DNA from: an uncultured Planctomycetota bacterium
GTDB taxonomy: Bacteria; Planctomycetota; Planctomycetia; Isosphaerales; Isosphaeraceae
Direction of reading: 5' to 3'
Length of the DNA stretch: 64,000 nucleotides
Assembly (NCBI GenBank): GCA_963737655.1
Contig: CAVTTN010000002.1
Span: 1,376,001 to 1,440,000, forward strand
A program made the translations under genes and the position numbers. The notes under the pieces are model-generated. The model was not told the origin of the DNA, made no database searches, and saw only the letters and a list, made by a program, of their open reading frames with translations. Below are positions 54,231 through 64,000 of the stretch, piece after piece (within the stretch, counting starts at the first letter, position 1; each line of letters starts with the position of its first letter).

Positions 54231-54437
54231 TCAGAGGTCCGATTCGGCGATCCCGGCCCGCTTCATGAGGCCCCTCTGCGTCCCGGTCGCGAGGTCCCGG
54301 TTCGCATGGACGGGGACCGAAATCGTCTCGCCCGTGGCGGGGTTCCGATAGACGAAGTGCGATCCGTGGACCCGGTCCAGGACCCATCCGATCGCCTCCA
54401 GGATCTTGCCCATCCGCCGGCCGCTGATCGCCTTCAC
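54231..54437 (-). CDS. hicA: HicA family toxin
   Basis: GW..RVHGSH, ISVPVH..DLATGT; GTG start overlaps hicB stop. Confidence 0.88.
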   Translation of the reverse strand: MKAISGRRMGKILEAIGWVLDRVHGSHFVYRNPATGETISVPVHANRDLATGTQRGLMKRAGIAESDL

Positions 54438-54658
54438 GGACCGACCTCGCCGGGAAGGGGCTCGGTGAGGTCGCGGACGGCCCGATCGCGGCGAAGGTCG
54501 TGCTGAGATTCGAGCCACAGGGCCGCCGCCTCGACGGCCATCTCCCGGACCTCCTCGATCGTCTCCCCCTGCGTAACACACCCCGGAAGCTCGGGCACGA
54601 CGACCGAATAGCCCCCATCCGCCTCGCGAAAGGCCAGGGCGCGGACCATCACTTGCAC
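54434..54658 (-). CDS. hicB: Short HicB family antitoxin
   Basis: GGYSVVVPELPGCVTQGETIEE. Confidence 0.88.
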   Translation of the reverse strand: MQVMVRALAFREADGGYSVVVPELPGCVTQGETIEEVREMAVEAAALWLESQHDLRRDRAVRDLTEPLPGEVGP

Positions 54659-54759
54659 CTCGACGACGACCGGAGGCCCATAGACATGAGTCCCCGTCGC
54701 CGCCCTCGACTCGCTCGCGGAGGCCATGATCGACGGCTCCAGGGGGATCGCGGGGGAGT

Positions 54760-55014
54760 TCACCGACCTCTCGACCGGCTCTTTTCGCGGAACCTCGCCT
54801 CGAATTCGCGCCAGCCCGAGGCGGACCGGGGTTCGATCGCGACCGAGTCCAAAAAGTCCAGGACCGTCCGCCCCGGCGCCTCATCCGGCCGGATCGCCAC
54901 GACGAAGACCTCGACGGCCTTTCCCTCGGCCCACCGAGGCGTCTCGATCGAGATCTTGCCGCCCGGGCCGACGCGGGTGGTCAGGTGGAGCGAAGTCGGA
55001 GGTTCGGTCGCCAT
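54760..55014 (-). CDS. Small AbrB-like/antitoxin-like protein
   Basis: LHLTTRVGPGGKISI..GKAVEVFVV..TVLDFL. Confidence 0.55.
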   Translation of the reverse strand: MATEPPTSLHLTTRVGPGGKISIETPRWAEGKAVEVFVVAIRPDEAPGRTVLDFLDSVAIEPRSASGWREFEARFREKSRSRGR

Positions 55015-55246
55015 GTCCCGATCTCCCATCGCATCCCGGGGCCGGCGGACACCCGACGAGGCGGGTCGTCCCGGATATCCTATCAAGATCGCCCGGAGCG
55101 TCGCCACGGGAGATGGTTCGCGATCGCAACCCGATGAGGCTCCGCCCCGGCCGCCGGGTCGGACTCGGCTCCGCCGCCCGGCTCCCGCCGGGACGTCTCA
55201 ACCCGCCTGCCAGAGCCAATCATGCTCAGGCTTGCCATGACTTGGC

Positions 55247-57596
<2,350 letters not shown>

Positions 57597-57752
57597 CGTC
57601 GTCTCGGACCTCGGGGTACGATTCGGCAGGGAACATTGTCGCGGGGCCGACATCGCCAGGGCAAGCGCCTGGTCGCCGACCGGAGGGGCTCGATCCCCCT
57701 CCCGAGATGGCGGAGGCTCATGAGTCCGGATTGGTGGTGACGTCGGATCTCC

Positions 57753-57873
57753 CTCGTCCCCACGCTCGGCGTGGGGATGCCGTCTTGCACGCTCCGCGTG
57801 CCTGCGGACGCCAGCAAACCAAGAGGACGCGGAGCGTCGAGGACGGCATCCCCACGCCGAGCGTGGGGACGAG
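57753..57873. repeat. REPIN/REP-doublet-like palindromic element
   Basis: 32-bp perfect inverted repeat (57753-84 / 57842-73), each arm internally palindromic; inner ACGCTCCGCGT/ACGCGGAGCGT pair. Confidence 0.85.
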
Positions 57874-58581
57874 TTCTTGAGCAATCACCAATCTGGGATC
57901 ATGAGCCATAACGGCCCCGGCTCCCCTTTATTTGAAAAAGATAGGCAACATGGTTCAACAAGGCGATCTCGGAACCATGAGTCGTTCGTGAGAGATTTAG
58001 GGATGCCAGAATACGATTGATCATTCACTAAATCTATCATATTTTCTTTGAAAACATGTGATTCTTTGACGATAACTCGGAAGTTGACTACACATCGGGC
58101 GCGAAACCGCGCCCAAACGGCGGTTTTTCCGCCATTTTCGAGCGCGCAGCCACCGCGCACAGTGGTCACGTGAACAGTAAAGGCGGATACCGGTTCGTTT
58201 TGCTCAAGTCGTGACCAATCCGGAACTTGGGCCGAGGGAGTGGTCGCGGTCTCGGCCGGGTTTTGGGTCCGGAACCGGGGTTTTTTCGCCTTCCCCCGGG
58301 AGATCGGAGGGACCAGGCGCGGTCTCGGGATTCCGGGGTTCGCGGGGCCTCGACCCAGATGGGGTGATCGCCCGGGGGGTTGGTCGCGATGGTGACAACG
58401 AAGGGGGCGGGCGCCTCCGGCCGATCGTCCGGGGCGTCGCGTCGCCTCCTGGGGCCTTTCCGTGTTCATCGCACTGATCCTTCTTCGCACGATCGGCTTC
58501 ATGGCTTCGCCAGGCGTCCCGGCCCAGTCCGGAAGGGGGCCAGGGTGGGCGTCCTGGGCCCCGGCGTGGGACAAGGGAGGG

Positions 58582-58815
58582 ATGGATTCCCTGCTCTCGC
58601 GGATCACGATCGACCCGTTGCTCTGCCACGGCAAGCCGTGCGTCCGGGGCCTGCGCTATCCCGTCGGGCTGCTCCTGGACCTGCTCAGCTCCGGGATGAC
58701 CCCCGAGGAGATCCTGGCGGATTACGAGGACCTGGAGCCGGAAGACCTCCTCGCCTCGCTGGCCTTCGCCGCCCGACTCGCCCGGACTAGACGGCTCCAG
58801 GCGACGGGGCCGTGA
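58582..58815 (+). CDS. DUF433 family antitoxin
   Basis: RITIDP..HGKPCVRGLRYPV..GMTPEEILADY. Confidence 0.9.
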   Translation: MDSLLSRITIDPLLCHGKPCVRGLRYPVGLLLDLLSSGMTPEEILADYEDLEPEDLLASLAFAARLARTRRLQATGP

Positions 58816-58940
58816 GGTTCCTGGTGGATGCCCAGCTCCCTCGTCGGCTCGCAAGATGGCTTTCCGACGCGGGTTGCGACGCGATCCACACGCTCGACCT
58901 CCCGGATGGCAACCGCACGACCGACCGCGAGGTGGCCGGA
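58812..58940 (+). pseudogene. Truncated DUF5615 PIN-like toxin
   Basis: MRFLVDAQLPRRLA..DAIHTLDLPDGNRTTDREV, then similarity is lost (no TxDxDF). Confidence 0.75.
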
Positions 58941-58984
58941 TTCTCGGCCCCTCGGGCCTGGTCATCCGCGGTTGAGGTCTTGCC

Positions 58985-60725
58985 TCATCGCACCCATTTT
59001 CCCCCGACCATCGTTCGGAGGACTTTCGTGGTCGCCAGGTCGGCCTCGGGGCAGGTGGTCGGGTCGCGGTCGATCAGGATCAGGTCGGCGAGCTTTCCGG
59101 GCTCGATCGAGCCTTTTTCGGCCTCTTCGCCGTGCAATCGGGCGTTTTCGATCGTGTAAAGTCGCAAAACTTCGGCCCGGGTCAATTTTTGATCGGCGTT
59201 CAGGACGCCCAGGCCGGGCACCTCGCGAGTCAGGGCGATCGTCATCCCGAGCCAGGGGTCCCACTTGTTGGTGGATTCGAGGGGGTCGGTGCGGATCATG
59301 TGATCGCTCCCGAATCCGATCGTCACGCCCGAGTCGAGCCACTTCCGGTAGGGGTGGAACCACTCCATCCGAGCCGGGCCGAGCACCTTCGAGAGCACCC
59401 GGGCATCCTCGCGGAGCCAGATGGGCTGGAGGTCGGCCCCGATTCCAAGCTCGGCGCAAGTCCTGAGATTGTCGGCGGATGCGAAATTGGCGTGGGTGAT
59501 CATCCAGCCCTTGCCCCGGATGCCGACCGCCTGGTCGGCCCGGCGATAGGCGGCCAGGGAGCTCGTCCATCGCGGCCTCCCCGGCGGTGTGGGCCGTCAT
59601 CCGCCAGCCCCTCCGGGCGGCCTCCTCGGCGATCAGGCCCAGGTTCTCCCGAGGCAGGAACATCAGGCCGCGATCGTGGGGGTCGGCGATCTGATAGGTC
59701 GGCCCAACCCCCCAGGGTTCCCTCATCAGGGCCGTCCCATTCAGCATCCCGCCATCGAGGAAGACCTTCAACGGGCCGATCCGAACCCAGTGATCGCCCA
59801 CGCCCGAAGGCCCGTTGGGCTCGCCGTTTGCGTCGCGATTGGCCAGCCCGTCGATGGCCGAGGCGATCGCCTTCCGGTCGCCCGAGGTCTCGCGGAGGAC
59901 CCTCGTGGCGTTGATCCGGACGGTCAATTCCCCCCGATCGCGCAAACCTCGGTAAATCGCCAGGGTCGAATCGCTGGCCGAGCGGTCGGCCACGCTGGTC
60001 AGCCCGCGTTCGTTGTATCGCTTGAAAAGACTGACGAGTCGAGCCGTATCGGGCTCGGGGTCGCCACCATAAGCGTCCCTGGGAAGGTCCTTGAGGAGGC
60101 CATAGGCGTTGCGGAGGAGCCCGGTGGGTTCTCCGGAGGCGGGGTCTCGGGCGATCTTGCCGCCTGGGGGGTCGGGGGTGGTCTTGGTGATCCCGGAAAT
60201 CTGCAAGGCCCGGGAATTGGCCACGCCCGCCGGCCCGGCCTGGTGGAGGACGGGGTGATCGGGGGCGACGGCGTCGAGTTCGGCGAGGGTCGGCAGCCGG
60301 CCTTCCTGGAGGCGGGTCGGGAAGGCGTAACGGACGACGATCCAGGTGCCCGGCGGGGTGGCCTTCGCGCGAGCGGCGACGTATCTCTTGACAGACTCAA
60401 GAGAATCGAACGCGGGGATCGGGTGGTCGGCCTCGCTCATGGCCGCGCCGACGGGGTGGACGTGGCTATCGTACAGGCCGGGCAGGAGGGTCTGGCCCCG
60501 GGCGTCGAGGGTCGGGGAGTCGGCCCCGGCCGAGGCCCGGACGGCCGCCTCGGTCCCCACGGCGAGGATGCGGTCGCCCCGGATCGCCACGGCCCCGGCG
60601 GTGCGGAACCGGGGATCGATCGTGAGGACCTTCGCGCCGACGATCACGAGGTCGGCGCCGAGGGCCGAGGGGCCCGCCAGGGCGAGGACCAGGAGTCCCA
60701 TCGGCCGGAAGTCGCGACGTCTCAT
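58985..60725 (-). CDS. Amidohydrolase_3 (YtcJ-like), secreted (frameshift ~59558)
   Basis: LPGLYDSHVH, LKVFLDGG, AHTAG, ITHAN, GSD, GSIEPGKLAD. Confidence 0.88.
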
Positions 60726-62449
60726 GGGTTTGCTCGACTGGTCTCGGCCAGGGCCCGGAGCCAGACGACGACGGCCTCGGCGCCGGGATCGACGTGGCCG
60801 AGGGCGCGGTCGCCGAGGTAGCTGGATCGCCCTCGGCGGGGTTTCATGAAGGCGGTGGCCCGGGCGCCGGCCTCGGCGGCGGAGACGGCGGACGCCAGGG
60901 CGTCGGCCGGGGATTTCCCGGCCTTGAGGGCGGCGTCGAGGGCGTCGCAGGCGGGCAGCAGGGCATCGAGCATGGTGCGGTCGCCGGGCCCGGCCCCTCC
61001 GAGATCGCTCACGGCCGAGGCCCCGGCGCGGAGGGCCTCGGCCCAGGCGATCGGGTCGTCGGCCGGTCCGGTCTTCATCCGGGCGGCGGCCCGGAGGACG
61101 CCGGCGGCGTAGAGAGGCCCCGAGGTCCCCCCCGCGGCCCTCTGGATGGCCAGCCCAACTCCTAATAATGCCGCGTTGGGATCGTCGCGAGCGACCAGGG
61201 CCAGGACATTTTGAGCCATCTCGGCCCCCCGCGCGAGGCTGGCGCCGAGGTCGCCGTCCCCGACGACCCGGTCCAGCTCGGAGAGCCGGGCGGACTCGGC
61301 CTTCAGGGCGCGGACCACGGCCCGGACGGCCGCATCCAACATCTTTCCCACGGCCGTCTTGGGCGGTCCGAGGCGGGTGGAGGCGGTGGACGGCCATTCC
61401 TCCTCGCCCGGAGGGGCCCAGGGGACGGGAACTCGCGTCCTCGGCCGGTTCGCGGCGTTGGGCCAGGCGGGGGCGTCGGTCGGGGCGTCGAGCCGATCGA
61501 GCCAGGCGTCGGTCAGGCTGAAGGCCGTCAGGGACGCGCCGGGCATCTCCAGGGACGAGAGGAACGTCCCGAGGTAAACCCTTTCCACGGCAACCTTTCG
61601 GGCCTCCAGCTCGGCGATGGCCCGGCGGGCGACGATCGCCAGTTCCATCGTGGGGGTGCCGCCGAGGTTGTTGACCATCAGGGCCACGCGCGACCCCTCG
61701 CCCAGGCCCAGGTCGGCCACGATCGGGGCGAGGAGGCGATCGACCAGGGCGTCGCTGGGCTCGATCGCCGCCTTGCGGACGCCGGGCTCTCCGTGGATGC
61801 CCAGGCCGATCTCGATCTCGGCGTCGCCCAGGGAGAAGCTCGGCTTGCCCGCGGCCGGGACGGTGCAGGCGCCCAGGGCCACGCCCATCGTCCGGACGGC
61901 CGAGGCCGCCGATCGGGCCTCGGTGGCGACCCGGGCCAGGCTCATCCCCGCCTCGGCCGCCGCGCCGGCGATCTTGTGGACGAGGACCGTCCCGGCCAGC
62001 CCCCGGCGGCCCGCCAGGTCGGTCGAATCGGCCAGGGCGACGTCGTCGGCCACGATCACGACCTCCACCGGCAGCCCTTCGGACCGCGCGATCTCGGCGG
62101 CCAGGCCGAAATTCAGGCGATCGCCGGTGTAATTCTTGACGATCAGGACCGTCCCGGCCGCCCCGCCGACGGCCCGGATCGCCTCGGCCACGGCATCGAC
62201 CGACGGCGAGGCGAACACGTCGCCCAGGACCGCCGCATCGAGCATCCCCAGGCCGATGTACCCGGCGTGGGCCGGCTCGTGGCCGCTCCCCCCGCCCGAG
62301 ACGATCGCCACCTTCTCCGCCTTCGCCTTCGCCCCCGAACGGACGATCACCGGCTGGCCCGGCAGCCGCCGGAACCCGGGATACGCCGCGATCAGCCCCT
62401 CGATCATCTCCGAGACGGCCAGCTCGGGGCGGTTCACGAACTTCTTCAT
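60722..62449 (-). CDS. Fused dihydroxyacetone kinase DhaK-DhaL
   Basis: SGGGSGHEPAH, KNYTGD, GIHGEPG, GDGDLG, GRSSY, DPGA. Confidence 0.93.
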   Translation of the reverse strand: MKKFVNRPELAVSEMIEGLIAAYPGFRRLPGQPVIVRSGAKAKAEKVAIVSGGGSGHEPAHAGYIGLGMLDAAVLGDVFASPSVDAVAEAIRAVGGAAGTVLIVKNYTGDRLNFGLAAEIARSEGLPVEVVIVADDVALADSTDLAGRRGLAGTVLVHKIAGAAAEAGMSLARVATEARSAASAVRTMGVALGACTVPAAGKPSFSLGDAEIEIGLGIHGEPGVRKAAIEPSDALVDRLLAPIVADLGLGEGSRVALMVNNLGGTPTMELAIVARRAIAELEARKVAVERVYLGTFLSSLEMPGASLTAFSLTDAWLDRLDAPTDAPAWPNAANRPRTRVPVPWAPPGEEEWPSTASTRLGPPKTAVGKMLDAAVRAVVRALKAESARLSELDRVVGDGDLGASLARGAEMAQNVLALVARDDPNAALLGVGLAIQRAAGGTSGPLYAAGVLRAAARMKTGPADDPIAWAEALRAGASAVSDLGGAGPGDRTMLDALLPACDALDAALKAGKSPADALASAVSAAEAGARATAFMKPRRGRSSYLGDRALGHVDPGAEAVVVWLRALAETSRANP

Positions 62450-62796
62450 CGGAGCGAGTCTCTCGGGCGAGATTCGGGCGGCCAGGACAGGCTGTTCGAT
62501 CATGCTAACAGAGCGGAGATTCGACCCGGCCAACCTTTTTTTGCGAACCCCAAACTCTCATTTAATCACGAACGAAGCATGTCAATCGAAGATTTTTCTA
62601 TTTCTTTGGGGGGGATCGCCAAGAAAGATGCGGAGTCACTTTTTCAAAGTTTTTTCTTGACCGCCTCACCGATGCCGCGAAATAATCCCGAACGACGGTC
62701 GGGAAGACGGTCGCCGGAGCCGAAAGGGCCGATTTTCATGAGCTATAAGGCGTCGAATTCAATAACAAGAACAAATGATAAAATGGGGGGGGGGGG

Positions 62797-63839
62797 AGGA
62801 ATGCCCTCGGGGCCTTCGCGTCCCTAATCCTCTGCCTGGTCGTAATGCCCGGGTGTGGGAATGGGGATGTCGCGGGTGCCCGTCAGGAGGAGTCGCGGGG
62901 CCAACCGACCGATGACGGACTGCTCGGCGAGGGGTCGAGGAGCTATCATTTCGGGACCGTCGTCAACGGGCCAGGGAAGGCGTTGGTCCACCATTACCGA
63001 CTGACGAACCACGACACGAAGGACGTGAAGGTCGTCGATGTCGTTAACCACAAGCCCTGCTGTGGCGTGGTCCGAATCGGGAAGATGGTCCTCCATCCCG
63101 GGGAGGAGACGGACGTCGAAGTGAAGCTCGTGGTGGGGGAGAAGTATGGCGACGTCGTCCATGAGGCCGAGGTCGTGACCGACCCGCCCACGCCCGGCGG
63201 CCTGGTCCTGAGGACGATGGCCGGGGCGTTCGCGGCCATTCGCGTCGAGGAGGTCACGTCGCCTGAAGACCCATCCGGCGGGGCCCGCGCCGATCGGCCG
63301 AGTTTCGCGTCTTCGCCTCGGGGAGCCCGGAGGAACCGCCCCTGGACCTGAACGGCCTGGGCCTGACCTCCTCGATTCCCGTCCGCTGGGTCGGCCTCTA
63401 GACCGATGCCACCGAGGAGGGGGTGAGGACCGACTCGCGCGCTTTCGTCGCGACCCTCGATCAAGGCGGGCCGCCGGGGCCCCGTTCGGCGACGATCCAC
63501 CTTCTCCAAGGGGAAACGGTCGTGTACCGCCAGAGGGTGGACTGGGAGGTGGTCCCGCCCCTCATCGCCTCGCCGAAGGTGATCACCGTCACGCCTCGGA
63601 AGCAGGAATATCGCCTCTTGCTCCGATCTCAGGACCGGCGGCCGTTCCGGGTCAGGCGGGCCGAATGCCCGGCGGCGGGAATCCGTGCCCGGAGCGAGGA
63701 ATCGGCGGCCGCCGTCCAGGTCCTCGTGATCTCGGTGGAGGCCCTTCCCACGCCGGCCGGAGGCCGCACCGTCTTGACCATCCTCACCGACCATCCGGAC
63801 CAGGAAAACGTGGAAGTCCCGATCCTTGTGTTGGATTGA
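62797..63839 (+). CDS. DUF1573-like lipoprotein (frameshift ~63285; start upstream of a G12 run uncertain)
   Basis: LILCLVVMPGC lipobox, YHFGTV, HHYRLTN, PCCG, LHPGE; Ig-like C-terminus in a second frame. Confidence 0.7.
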
Positions 63840-63865
63840 AGACATCGGCATAGGAGGACGATCCG

Positions 63866-64000
63866 ATGGAGGACGCTCGGAGGGAGAAAGGCCGGGTCCG
63901 GGGGGGCCGGGACCGGAAGGGTTTCACGCTGATCGAACTCCTCGTCGTGGTCTCGATCCTCGGCCTCCTCGTCTCGCTGCTCCTGCCGGCCGTCCAGGCG
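63866..64000 (+). CDS. Prepilin-type N-terminal/DUF1559 protein (partial)
   Basis: [27 protein letters not shown]. Confidence 0.85.
   Translation, partial: MEDARREKGRVRGGRDRKGFTLIELLVVVSILGLLVSLLLPAVQA

Noticed and set aside
57885..58560. 249-aa minus-strand ORF over the AT-rich region
   Set aside because: Atypical composition, no motifs; probably non-coding

Overview
High-GC window that looks like a planctomycete (Isosphaeraceae-like): it has DUF1592/DUF1552 and DUF1559/DUF1573 genes, ECF sigma-Ser/Thr kinase pairs and a 'RRPSVESLESRELP' signature protein. Product calls are from recognised motifs; no database searches were run. The left ~41.5 kb abuts the 3' end of a tRNA-Met(CAT) through a decayed tyrosine integrase and an IS5 remnant, and reads like an eroding island. 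Its cargo is: (i) a minus-strand, probably metal-related operon (DUF2946-like CxxC/RAPP leader, MerC-like remnant, DUF58, a transglutaminase-fold protein lacking the catalytic Cys, MoxR, His-rich lipoprotein, DUF318 permease); (ii) a GT4-GH130-GH130 cluster; (iii) two DUF2294/MpsC-like genes flanking a 20-bp terminator with a possible antiterminator, followed by ppk2, an N-ATPase operon with its membrane sector deleted, ackA, xfp, an internally deleted fba, a histidine phosphatase and a hybrid kinase. The right part is ordinary chromosome: ECF/STK, orphan adenine methylase, ptb/enoyl-CoA hydratase with a 26-bp palindromic repeat array, two Uma2 genes, ettA, SDR, TA modules, STK-FGE, a REPIN-like palindrome, amidohydrolase and DhaKL. 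About 11 single-base frameshifts, including one in ettA, are probably long-read errors, unlike the large deletions.
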